From Octopus sinensis (Eukaryota), in NCBI RefSeq assembly GCF_006345805.1, contig NW_021833604.1, positions 1 through 57,655 on the forward strand: a DNA stretch of 57,655 bases. Direction: 5' to 3'. The translations under genes and the position numbers were made by a program. Positions 41,468-53,965 of this stretch are shown here, piece after piece; positions within the stretch are counted from its first letter, which is position 1, and each line of letters opens with the position of its first letter. The notes beneath the pieces are model-generated. The model did not search any database, was not told where the DNA came from, and saw only the letters and a program-made list of their open reading frames with translations.

Positions 41468-41472
<5 letters not shown>
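41324..41472. repeat. Near-perfect inverted repeat (68/67-bp arms, 14-nt loop)
   Basis: Arms 41324-41391 and 41406-41472 differ only by one extra T. Confidence 0.95.
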
Positions 41473-41510
<38 letters not shown>

Positions 41511-42509
41511 TATATATTATATATATATATACATACATACATACATATATATATATGTGTGTCTGTGTCTGTGTGTTTGTATATATATATATATTTCTCT
41601 TTCATGACAAAATGTTGCTGTTGATGTTGTCCTTTTCCTTCTTTTTCTTCATACATACACTGTTATTTTTTTATGTGCATGGATGTGTGTGTGTGCGTGC
41701 GCGTCTGTATGTGTGTGTGTGTCACTCATTAAAATACATGTACAGTTCTCTCTCTGTATCTGCCTCTCTCTCTCTCTCTCTTCTCTTCTCTTCTTTCTTT
41801 CTCTATTTTATTATCTTTCTCTCTCACTCTCTCCTCTTGCTTTACTGTATGTGTGTATACGCTCGTGTTTATACTTTTCTCTATCCTATTACATTCGATC
41901 GATCCTTCTTAACATCCACACTCAACATCTACACTCAACTTCTTACATCCACACTCAACTCTTTCTTCCTCCCTTTCTCTCTCTCCACCTCCCCCCTCTC
42001 TCTCTCTCTCTCTCTCTCTCCATTTGTCACGCACACACACATTTAAGATGAAACAGTAGCTACAAATACCTATGAAACAACGAAATTAAAATCTATTGTT
42101 ACATAACAGAGAGTGGTCTTTTTTAGCCAATTAACACACACACAGACACATACACACACACACATACATACATACATACACACACACAATATGACCATCC
42201 CTAAGTACAACAATATCTGTTTCAACACACGATTTCATAACAGAATCCTTGCAAAACAAATGCGTAACCGATTAAACAACGTCATCTCAAGGGACGCAAC
42301 TCTTCTTAGGTTACACTCAGTTATCTCACTTGTACATGAATGCGTGTCTGTAAACTTACAATTATTCCTTATAAACAAATGTGGTTATTATTTAATTTAT
42401 AATTATCAAGGCCGTTACAGTCGTGACCATCCAGTCTTGTTTTTAGACACATTGAATATTGTACTGAAATAACAATCGTCGCTTTTTTTTTTGTTTTTGT
42501 TAAGATGTA

Positions 42510-42850
42510 GGTGCGGGTATGGCTGTGCAGTTAAGATCACGTTGCAACGACGTACTTTCAGGTTCAATTTCACTGAGTGGCACCTTACGGCCAAGGGGCT
42601 TCTACCCTATCAGCGGGCGTGTGTGGGCGTGCGTGTATTTTTGTGTCTATTTGTTCTCCACACAACGTTTGACATCCGGTATTGGTTTGTTTACATCCGG
42701 TAATGTAGCTGTTCGGCGAAAGAGCCCGACAGAATAAGTACCGAACTGTAAAATATGTACGATTTGGGCGATTTGTTCGACTAAAAAAATAAGACCTTCA
42801 AAACGATGCCCCAGCATGGCCGTAGTTGAATGACAAAGAAGTAAAACGAA
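42510..42850 (+). mobile_element. Diverged SINE family A
   Basis: GGCTGTGCAGTTAAG...CAGGTTCAATTTCACTG...CCCCAGCATGGCCGTAGTTGAATGAC. Confidence 0.7.
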
Positions 42851-42912
42851 GAAAATAAAAGTAGATTCATTTTTTTTTTTTCGTTTCTCCATCCAAATTT
42901 GGAACATATGCA

Positions 42913-43791
42913 TTTCGGGAAAGGGATGAAGGCTACAGCGCTTCTAATTATATTTCAGAAAAGGGATGAAGGCAAGAGCGCTTCTAATTATATTTCAGGA
43001 AAGGGATGAAGGCCACAGCGCTTCTAATTATATTTCAGGAAAGGGATGAAGGCAACAGCTTCTAATTATATTTCGGGAAAGGGATGAAGGCAACAGCGCT
43101 TCTAATTATATTTCGGGAAAGGGATGAAGGCAACAGCGCTTCTAATTATATTTCAGGAAAGGGATGAAGGCCACAGTGCTTCTAATTATATTTCAGGAAA
43201 GGGATGAAGGCCACAGCGCTTCTAATTATATTTCAGGAAAGGGATGAAGGCCACAGCGCTTCTAATTATATTTCAGGAAAGGGATGAAGGCCACAGCGCT
43301 TCTAATTATATTTCAGGAAAGGGATGAAGGCAACAGCGCTTCTAATTATATTTCGGGAAAGGGATGAAGGCAACAGCGCTTCTAATTATATTTCGGGAAA
43401 GGGATGAAGGCAACAGTGCTTCTAATTATATTTCAGGAAAGGGATGAAGGCAACAGTGCTTCTAATTATATTTCAGGAAAGGGATGAAGGCCACAGCGGT
43501 TCTAATTATATTTCAGGAAAGGGATGAAGGCCACAGCGGTTCTAATTATATTTCAGGAAAGGGATGAAGGCAACAGTGCTTCTAATTATATTTCAGGAAG
43601 GGATGAAGCCACAGCGGTTCTAATTATATTCAGGAAAGGGATGAAGGCAACAGTGCTTCTAATTATATTTCAGGAAAGGGATGAAGGCCACAGCGGTTCT
43701 AATTATATTTCAGGAAAGGGATGAAGGCCACAGCGCTTCTAATTATATTTCAGGAAAGGGATGAAGGCCACAGCGCTTCTAATTATATTTC
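42913..43791 (+). repeat. 40-bp minisatellite, ~22 units
   Basis: Unit GGGATGAAGGC(C/A)ACAG(C/T)G(C/G)TTCTAATTATATTTC(A/G)GGAAA, head to tail, no spacers. Confidence 0.97.
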
Positions 43792-43879
43792 CAGCAATAT
43801 TTAAATGGTTGTGTAGTTTTACTTTAATAGATTATAGTGCAGAAATTTTAGTTTATTGATCTCACCGTTACAAAGTAAA

Positions 43880-44600
43880 TCGGCAACACCAGCGCCGCCA
43901 CCACAAACAACACCAGCACCTACTCGACCAAACCTCCGGCAACACCACCGCTAAATACCATTACCACTACCACCGCCACCGCCGCCACTGAACACAATGG
44001 CAACCAACACCACCGCTACCAACATCACCCCCACCAAAACTAGCGCCATCATCACCATCCCATCAACACCACCGCCAGTAACACCACCACCACCAACACC
44101 AACACTACCGACACGTAACATCACTGCCACCAACACCTCCGTCACCAACACCATCGTCACCACCGCCAACAACACCGTCCCCACCAACACCATCCCGACC
44201 AACACCACCGCCACCAACACCGCCGCCAACAACACCACCGTCACCAACACCACTGCCACCAACAAAATCCCCACCAACACCATCCCCACCAACACCACCG
44301 CCACCAACACCACCGCCAGCCACACACCGCACCACACCACCGCCACCACAACCGCCACCGCCAACACACCACCGTCACCAACACCACTGCCCCACAACAC
44401 AAAATCCCCACCAACACCACATCCCACCCCACCACACCACCGCCACCAACACCACCCCACCAACACCACCGCCACCAACACCACCGCCACCAACACCACC
44501 ACCACCAACACCACCACCACCAACACCACTCCACCAACACCATCCCCACCAACACCACCGCAACTGCAAACACTAACACCAGCACCATCGCTGCCATTCC
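43880..44600. repeat. (ACC/AAC)-rich tract with a ~15-bp higher-order unit ACCAACACCACCGCC
   Basis: Direct inspection; produces the TNTTA-repeat ORF. Confidence 0.85.
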
Positions 44601-44923
44601 TACCACTACATGCAAACACAATTAGTCTTCGGAACCTCTGCGTAGTCGCTTGATTTGCTAGAAACGGATGCAAATCTTTTTTAAATCCTACTTCTTTTGT
44701 CTTTGAAAAGAATTCTAATAAATTCTATAATGTCGCCGCCCACTGGTAAAAAAATACCATTAAAACCACTCTAGTGACGAAATTTCTAGAAAAATTTTAT
44801 ATGTAAAATTACAAAAAACAAAAACATTTTCGAAGGTTGAACTCGAAGTAAATAAAGCTATAAATAATAGCGTGTAAATATTTTGATTAAAGAAACAACA
44901 TGATTAGGATAGAAAAAGTGGAA

Positions 44924-44965
44924 GGCAGTCCGTGGGACTCGAACCAACACCTTTCGTAAACTCAA
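44924..44965 (-). pseudogene. tRNA-like 3' half (tRNA-Asn-like)
   Basis: TTTACGAAAGGTGTTGGTTCGAGTCCCACGGACTGCC followed by TTTTT; box B present, 5' half absent. Confidence 0.35.
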
Positions 44966-45124
44966 TAATTATAAGCTATTATTTCTAGCTTCATCTACTT
45001 CGATTTCAACCGTTAAAATCAAATTAGTTCACGTTCTATCGAGGTTTCTAAATTCTTATGATGTCAACAACATAAAATTGTCACCGGTAAAAATAAAGTT
45101 TCTAAAACGGATAGGAACTTCGAA

Positions 45125-45198
45125 GGATTGCTTTGGTCCAATGGTAGAACGCCTGTCAAGTCAAAAGAAGATAGGGGTTCGAGTTTTGCGAGCAACCT
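45125..45198 (+). pseudogene. tRNA-Thr(AGT)-like pseudogene or SINE head
   Basis: Box A TGGTCCAATGGTAG, box B GGTTCGAGT, acceptor-like GG(A)TTGCT/AGCAACC; CGCCTGTCAAGTCAAAAGAAGAT resembles metazoan tRNA-Thr(AGT) CGCCTGTCTAGTAAACAGGAGAT; anticodon and T stems are broken. Confidence 0.5.
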
Positions 45199-45261
45199 TC
45201 GATTGTTTCCATCCAAAAGGGCTTCGACCCAAAATTTAGGCGCTATTATTTACAGATTTAT

Positions 45262-45460
45262 TCATCGTTAGCACGAGGGGCGAAATGCTTAGCGATATTT
45301 CGTCCGTTTTCGCGTTCTGTGTTTAAATTCCGTCGAGGTCGACTTTGCTTTTCATACTTCCGAGATCGATAAAATAAATACCTGTTGAATACTGGAATCG
45401 ATGTAAATGACTGACCCACTTCGCCGAAATTGCTGCCCTTGAGGCAAAATTTGAAATCAT
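45262..45460 (+). mobile_element. Diverged SINE family C
   Basis: CGTTAGCACGAGGGGCGAAATGCTTAGCG...GAGGTCGACTTTGC. Confidence 0.75.
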
Positions 45461-45844
45461 TTAATATATAGCTGAATTCACTTCGAGTCCCACCGTTACA
45501 ACCAAATTATTTCACGTTCCCTTGAAGTTTCTATGTTCTTAGGACGTGAAAAAAAATCGGGAAATATTTAAGGCTTGATGATCTAAGGAATTATTTAGCA
45601 TAATAACTCGTATGTTTCATATTTATGAATTCATTAAATGGAACTTAAATTTCCCTTTTCCAAGTAAATATTAGTTTTGTTTGTTTGTTTTTTGTTTGTT
45701 TTGTTTTCTTTCTTTTGTTGTTGTTTTTTTTTCTTTTCTCTTCAACTTAGAATCGTGGGTAAACCGAGCGAGTAAGAACCCGATATCTAGATAAAGCAAG
45801 ATGATATCTCGTTAAGAAGTAAAACAGCATTGATATCAGTCGGT

Positions 45845-45846
45845 GA

Positions 45847-45887
<41 letters not shown>

Positions 45888-46136
45888 GTGTGGTGTGTGT
45901 GTGTGTGTGTGCGTGTGTGAGTGTGTATGAATATATGTGGATATATATGTAGTTATGAGTATATACATGTATATATGTATGTTTATATGTATATATATAT
46001 ATGCATGCATATATATGTATATATACATATATAAGTATGTATAATATATACATATATGTTTACACACACGCATACATATAAATAAACACACATATACATA
46101 TACACATATACACATATATATCTAAGCATATAATAG

Positions 46137-46189
<53 letters not shown>

Positions 46190-46646
46190 TATATACTATA
46201 CATACTGCTATAGACACATACACATTTACACAGATATATATGCATATATTATATATATATATTATTATATATGTATGTGTATATATATATATACATACAT
46301 ACATATGTTTGCACATATATATGCATATACACATATACACATATATACATATATATACTCCTTATCATTCGGTGTTGTCATCTTTAGAGGTGACAAACCG
46401 AAATGTCGTCTCTATCATGTTTCTTTTCTGCGTGTTTCTTTTTTAAATACAAAACTAACTTTTCTTTTGATTTTCTTTTATAAGGAGATGTTTGTACATG
46501 GCTTGTTTTTTAGATTTTTGTTAATTTCATTGCGCGCCTATTTTTGATGAACCCGTTTTTTCACACATCGATATCACAGATATAATGTTTTTTTAAGAAG
46601 CTTTTATAGGTATGTAATATAACAATATATATATGTATGATATATA

Positions 46647-46718
<72 letters not shown>

Positions 46719-46721
46719 TTA

Positions 46722-46792
<71 letters not shown>

Positions 46793-46947
46793 GTATAATA
46801 TATATATATGTATGTATATATATATATATATATATACGTATATATATATATATAATATATATATTTACATATATATATATATATATATATTACACATATA
46901 TACTTATATATTGTATGTATGTATGTATGTATGTATGTAATGATATA

Positions 46948-46994
<47 letters not shown>

Positions 46995-47459
46995 TATACA
47001 CAGAGAGAGAGAGAGAGAGAGATAGGACGCTCATACTTACACTTACGCAACATATTCATCCGTATAATTTATCTTATGTACTGGATCGTCACTAAAGCCA
47101 GCACATTATAGATAAGAAACTAATTTAATATTTATAAAGTCATGTAGACCAACAAGTGGAACGCTATAAGAAAATCTATTAAAGTGAAAGTAAGAGATTA
47201 GGGGGGGGACAAGTTTTTGGGAGTGGTATAAGTATTTACGTGTATGGTTATCCACCTTTGAGACTGCGTGCATATACATGACATTATTTATATGTACGTG
47301 TATGATATGTACGTGTGTCTATACACACACACACACACACGCACACACTCACACACACACACACACACACATAAATATATACATATAGTGAGAATGACAG
47401 AATAGTGTGGCAGGTAGATTATAGAGATAGAGATAAAGAGAAACAGATAGATAGATAGG

Positions 47460-47537
<78 letters not shown>

Positions 47538-47679
47538 TAGGCATACATACATACATCATTTAAATATATATCAGCATATCTAGATATGCATCTATATGCA
47601 TGAGAATGCATACACAAAACATACAAATCTGCACGCACGTACATACATACATACATACATACATACATACATACATACA

Positions 47680-47710
<31 letters not shown>
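45845..47710. repeat. (GT)n, (AT)n, (GATA)n and (TACA)n microsatellites
   Basis: Direct inspection. Confidence 0.9.
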
Positions 47711-47842
47711 CCTGTTGTTGATGTTGAAAATCTAATGAAGGAGCCTTGGATCTAGGTTAGAAACCGATTATTTCTCTATTGGCAAGAAATCTTGAAATAA
47801 ACTGAATAATGACATACACAGACATACACAGTCACATACATA

Positions 47843-49270
47843 CAGAGGGTGTCCCAAAAAATTTGTCTGCACACTTCAACAGCAGATAATTCAATTTTCG
47901 TTTGTTTTTAGACTTAACCCATTACAAATAATTAAAGTGGCCAAACTAAGCTTTGAACACAGGACATTTCACCTGATATGCAGCTGGAAGTTTGAAAAAA
48001 GCACTGTCGAAGTGCAAAGACAATTTAGGAGCGAGTTTCAAATAAATCGACAGACGCGACTTTCTATCGAACGAGATAAATTTGAAGCAGAATGACCACA
48101 AGAAAAGTTCCGGAAGATTACGTATACCGACGAACCTCATAAAGCAAGAACGTGCACTGGAAACATATTGCCAAATTTCAATAAAATCTTTGCGACAAGC
48201 GAGTTGTAAATTTGAAAATTAAGCCTCCATTGCATTTTGAAGGGCTGTCATTGGAAAAGCTGCACTCCAAACAATAATTTCTATTTTCAATGAAGTCGAG
48301 TAGTACTTGACATGATAAGGACTTTTCAACAAAGATTGCTTGGAGTGACGAAGTTACATTCAAATTTAACTACCACAATCGCTAAACTTGGAGACCTGAG
48401 AATCCGCCTATTATGAAAGAGCATCATGTTAACTTACTAAAAAGGTACAGTATGGTGCGGATTATTATCGAAGGGATTAAATGGAATGCCATTTTGACGG
48501 TGCTGTGGCTGGTTTTATTAACTCGAAAATGCGACAACAATCTCTTAGGCCAAGACTTCAAGGGGAATTTGAAGACGTAGACTTTCATTTTCAGCAAGAT
48601 GGATCCACCTCACACTATCATAGTAATGTATGAACCTATATTTATGAGCTTTTTCCAATCAGATGGATTGGGAAAAGAAGTTCAGTTGAATATTTTCCAT
48701 GTTCCCCAAGTTTCACAACTCTAGACTTTTTTCATGTGGATACTTATGTGGGGATGCTGAAAATTTCCAGGTTTTGGATTAAAATTGTATACAGGAGGAT
48801 CAATTAATTATGATTTTATTCAACGTATTCGCCTCTCAGAATCAAACACTTATTACAACGGTTTATAAGTTTTTTTTCTAAACCCTGTAAAAGAACAGGT
48901 AAGGATAAGCCTTCAACTAGGCCTTTCGTGATACCCTTAAAACCAGGAACTTCTCAGGACCCTCTTGTACACGATAGATTTTGCGGTATAAGACCAGTAA
49001 GAGACAACACATTGACGATGGTCTATGTACGAAAATCGTAAATATAGCGAACGAAATGTTTCTTAATGTTTGTGATTCCATTGCTTCGCAATGTCAGAAT
49101 GTCAGCAGTGCCTGGACCGAAATGGTCACGAATCTGAATACAGGCATCTTGGAAGAAAAAATAAAATTTTCTCAGTAAATTCTATCAAATATTGAAAATT
49201 AAATGTATTGTTATAATCAGTTTCTTTATAGTGATTCAATATGTGTATACAGTTTTGGGGGACACCTAGG
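47843..49270 (+). mobile_element. Decayed DD41D (rosa-type) Tc1/mariner-superfamily transposon
   Basis: Imperfect TIRs CAGAGGGTGTCCCAAAAA and TTTTGGGGGACACC; WSDEVTFK, then FQQDG...RWIGKRSSVEYFPCSPSFTTLD with 41 residues between the two D residues; stops present. Confidence 0.85.
48747..48967 (-). mobile_element. 221-bp mariner-derived MITE nested in the DD41D element
   Basis: TA on both sides; 26-bp TIR cores match at 20/26; minus strand retains a mariner C-terminus-like RCNKCLILRGEYVE*. Confidence 0.82.
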
Positions 49271-50584
49271 GATTATATATATATAATATATATATTATAT
49301 ATATTATATGTGTGTGTGTGTGTATATATAATATATTATATATATATATGTATATATATACATATATATATGCACACACCTATACATGCATCTATATATC
49401 TATCTATCTATCTATCTATCTATATTATATATATATATATATATATATCTATATATATATATATACCCACACACAAACATGTATCTATATATGTGTGTAT
49501 GTATGTATGTATGTATGTGTGTATGTATAGCTAATTTTCCCAAATATTAAATTTTAAAGTTTTCTAAAGTAATGTATACACACCCTCATAATCAGGTGTG
49601 TGTATATATACGTATGTGTGTGTGCGCGCGCGTTAGTGTCCGTGCACATATAGGATTATACATATAGATATAAACACACACACATACACACACACACACA
49701 TATATATATGCATATATATGTATGTATATATACATACATGTATACCCATATATATGTATACCCATATACATATACATATATATATATATATATATGCATA
49801 CATACATACATACATACATATACGGCACATACATTACGTGTCTGTGTCCGAGTGCATGTATGTGCACCAGTATGTTTTTTTTATATATGTGCGCACACAT
49901 ATAAATGTATGTATATTTGAAATTTGTATATATATATATGTGTATATATGTATATATATATATTCCGCATTGTGATGTTAAAATGTTTACCATTTATTTT
50001 TTTTTTATTTTTCGGAAATCGAGAAATAGTTATTCGTTGTTTTGTTTTTTTTGCTGTTTTTCATTTTTCATTTTTCTATACGCAGATGTGTATATGAGTG
50101 CGTGTGCGTGTGTGTGTGTGTGGTGTGTGTGTGCGCGCGCGCAAGCGTTTATGTATGTGTGTGTATGTCTGCATGTATGTGTGCATCCAGGTGTGTACCT
50201 GCGCATGCGTCAACCAGCTTAAGCGCTCACACGTATGTATTTGTGGGTGCTCGCTTGCGTGTGTGTGCGTATGGGTTTCCGTGTGTGTGGTTTTTGTCGA
50301 GCAGACATCATGAACTAGACACAATACTAGCAATTTATTATTTAATTTCTGTTCTCCTTTTTCTTCTCTTTTATTGCAATCACGCTGTAAAACCATACAA
50401 GTTTGTGTTGAAGAAATCTTTATTGTTATTAAAGAAAAACATTATTAAATTTTATTTCTACATCTAAGTCCACAACACTGTTCCGTGCCACCACCACTCC
50501 AACCCGCCATATTTCAACTATTCATCTGGAATTCAATTATTTTTCGTTACAATTATGAATACGATTTCTTTTATTATTATGCTA

Positions 50585-51147
50585 AGCGCATAGCTGTGTG
50601 GCTAAGACCCTCGCTGGGCAACCAATCGCGCAGTTTTAGGTTCTGATTCACTTGCGGGGTCTTGTGTAAGTGTGTATTCTACTACAAACCTGGGTCGAGC
50701 AATGCCTAATCACCGAATTTAATTGACGGATTCTGTGTGGAAGCCCTTCGTTTGTGTATGTTTATGTGTATGTGCATATGTGTATATATATGCATATGTG
50801 TATATATATATATGGTTGAAATTTACAGAAAAACAAAAGACGAAGACAGGTGTATAAACAACAAGCAGGTGTATTAGTTTGACGCTCGGGAAGGTGAGAA
50901 AGTCTTTTATGTTTCGAGCCTACGCCCTTCAACAGAATGGAACACGAGGGAATAAACAGAGAGGAAATAAAAAGACTTGTAGATTTAGCTGTCAATCATG
51001 GCGACTGGCTGGAAAATGGTAGTTGGCCAGGAGAGGTTCGAAGAAGGGGTGATAATAAACTACTGGTGATCCCAAAACGAAGGTGTCCATTCGTGTTTGT
51101 ATGTGAGAGTGTCTAAGCATGTGCGTGTTTATAGGGGCTAGTGTATA

Positions 51148-51180
<33 letters not shown>

Positions 51181-51430
51181 ATGCGTGCGTGCGTGCGTGC
51201 GTACGTGCGTACGTGCGTGCGTGCGTGCGTGCGTGCGTGTGTTGTCCCTTAACCCCGATTGACAAGCGCTGTTGTGTATTTATGTCCTCGTAACTCAACA
51301 GGTTCGGTATAAGCGACCGATAGAATAAGTACTTGGCTTAAAATTTTCGACTAAAATTCCTCAAGGCAGTGCTCCAGCATGGCCACAGTCTAACGACTGA
51401 AACCAAAGAATAAAGGGATTAAAGAATAAA
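50585..51430 (+). mobile_element. Diverged SINE family A interrupted by hammerhead-like repeat copy 3 (50810-51110)
   Basis: Head 50585-50760, 3' half 51240-51430; minus motif CCATT-CTGTTGA-A-GGGC-GTAG-GCTC-GAA-ACAT-A-AAAG at 50904-50940. Confidence 0.7.
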
Positions 51431-51449
51431 AGAATGAAAGAATATTTAC

Positions 51450-52140
51450 TCCGGTGCTTTACATTCAGTGTTCATATACAGCCGAGGTTAACTGTTATCT
51501 TTTATCTCTGCGTGGACCGATAAAATAGAGAACCGGCCAAGCACTGGAGTTGATGGCATCCATAGACCCACTCCCCTTAAAACTGCTGGACCTGTACCAA
51601 AATTGGAAACGATTAAGGCGGTAGATTGATAGAATCGGATAAAATACTTGCCAACATTCTGGCCATTTATGCTCTGATTTCAAACGACGCCACGATAAAC
51701 TTTTGATGTCATGCTTTCGGCGGGATCGATAAAATAGTTTTGAGGAGACGGGTAAGTCGATTATATCGATTCCAGTACTTCACTGGTACTTATTTTATCG
51801 ACCCCCGAAATGAAGAAAAGCAATGTTGACCTCGACGGAATTTGAACGCAAGACGTAAAGAGCTGGAAGTAGCGCCGTTGAGAATTTTGTCCAGAGCGGT
51901 AATAATTCTGCCTTTATAAGAACGGTTCCAAAATTTGGTAGAAAGCCAGCAGTTTTTTTTTCTTCGTGGTGGGAGGTGGGGAGCAACTAATCGATGACAT
52001 CGATCCGAGTAACTAACTGGTATTTGTTTGATTGGTTTTTGTAATGATGAAAAGTAAAGTCGGCATCGGCGGAATTTGAACTCAAAACGTAAAAACAAAT
52101 GTCACGAAGCATTTTGTTCGACGCGCTAATGATTCTGCTA
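51450..52140. mobile_element. Cluster of diverged SINE family C fragments
   Basis: ACTGGTACTTATTTTATCGACCCCCGAAA...GGAATTTGAAC segments. Confidence 0.7.
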
Positions 52141-52239
52141 GTTTACTACCTTTCATAATAACAATAGTAATATAAGAACAATGATGACAACTACAATAAC
52201 AGCAACAACAACAACAACAGCAGCAATGACAATAGTAAC

Positions 52240-52423
52240 GTAGGAGTGGCTGTGTGGTAAGTAGCTTGCTTACCAACCACATGGTTCCAGGTTCAGTCCC
52301 ACAGCGTGGTACCTTGAGCAAGTGTCTTCTACTATAGCCTCGCGCCGATCAAAGCCTTGTGGGTGTATTTGGTTGACGGAAACTGAACGAAGCCCGTCGT
52401 ATATATGTGTATGTATATATATA

Positions 52424-52454
<31 letters not shown>

Positions 52455-52690
52455 CTGTGTCTGTGTTTGTGTGTGTTTGTGTGTCTGTGTTTGTCCCCCT
52501 CCCCCCAACATCGCTTGACAACCGATGGTGGTGTGTTTACGTCCACGTAACTTAGCGTTTCGGCAAAAAGAGACCGATAGAATAAGTACTAGGCTTACAA
52601 AGAATAAGTCCTGGAGTCGATTTGCTCGACTAAAGGCGGTGCTCCAGCATGGACGCAGTCAAATGACTGAAACAAGTAAAAGAGTAGAAG
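52240..52690 (+). mobile_element. SINE family A, full length
   Basis: GGAGTGGCTGTGTGGTAAG to GAAACAAGTAAAAGAG. Confidence 0.9.
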
Positions 52691-52859
52691 AGTAAGGCAA
52701 TGACAACAAGAATAACAACAATAACAACAACAGCAATAACAACAACAACAATAACAACAACAGCAATGACAACAGCAATTAACGCTCAATGACTAATGAC
52801 TAATTAATTACTTAAGAGCATTTCGTTCAGCGCTCCTCTGATCCTTGTCCTTCCAGAGC

Positions 52860-53532
52860 TCACCTCGGGCTACGAAGCAACTACCACCTCCACCACCACA
52901 ACACCACCACCACCACACACCACCTCCACCACCACACCACCTCCACCCCCATCACCGCAACTATTACGCACTACTGCGACTGCTACTTCCTACCACCATT
53001 ACTATGATGACTACTACCACCACCAACCCACTGGTACTACTACTACTACCATTACCACCACTTCTACTACTGTCACCGCCACAACTACTACTCGCAACAG
53101 TAAAGCTACAGCTGCCACCACCACTACTACTACTTGTACTACTAACTTTACTACTACTACCACCACCACAACTACTACTGCTACTACAACTACTCGCTAC
53201 CTACTAGTACTACAACTATTCCCTGCCACCATAACCAACACCACCACCCCATCAGTGCCACCACCACTACTACTACTACCACTACAACGATCATCACCAC
53301 TACAACCACAACCACCACCATTACCACCACCATCACCACCTCCACCACAACCACCATCACCACCACAACCACCACCACAACCATTACCACCACAACAACC
53401 ACCACCACAACAACCACCACCACACAACCACCACCACACCCACAACACCAACACCACTACAACCACCATCACCACCAATGTAGTAGCAGTTGTGACGGTA
53501 ATGGTGGTTGTGGTGGTGTTAGTGTTGTGGGT

Positions 53533-53571
<39 letters not shown>

Positions 53572-53635
53572 ATGGTAGCTGTAGTGGTGGTTGTTGTGGC
53601 GGTGATGGTTGTTGGGTGGTGTTGGTGTTGTGGGT

Positions 53636-53734
<99 letters not shown>

Positions 53735-53791
53735 ATGGTAGCTGTAGTGGTGGTTGTTGTGGCGGTGATGGTTGTTGGTGTTGTGGGTGTG

Positions 53792-53824
<33 letters not shown>

Positions 53825-53914
53825 ATAGTAGTAGTAGTAGTGGTAGTAGTAGTGGTAGTAGTAGTAGTAGTAGTAGTAGTAGTAATAGTAGTAGTAGTAG
53901 TGGTAGTAGTAGTG

Positions 53915-53965
<51 letters not shown>
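52860..53965. repeat. (ACC/ACT)n tract switching to (GGT/AGT)n at ~53480
   Basis: Direct inspection; fold-back symmetry. Confidence 0.9.

Noticed and set aside
42913-43791. CRISPR-like appearance of the 40-bp array
   Set aside because: No unique spacers, no cas genes, eukaryotic context; it is a tandem minisatellite.
43997-44653. 218-aa TNTTA-repeat ORF with many N-x-T sites (mucin-like exon)
   Set aside because: Built from an ACC/AAC tract that is also open on the opposite strand; no clear splice boundaries; RNA-seq would be needed to revive it.
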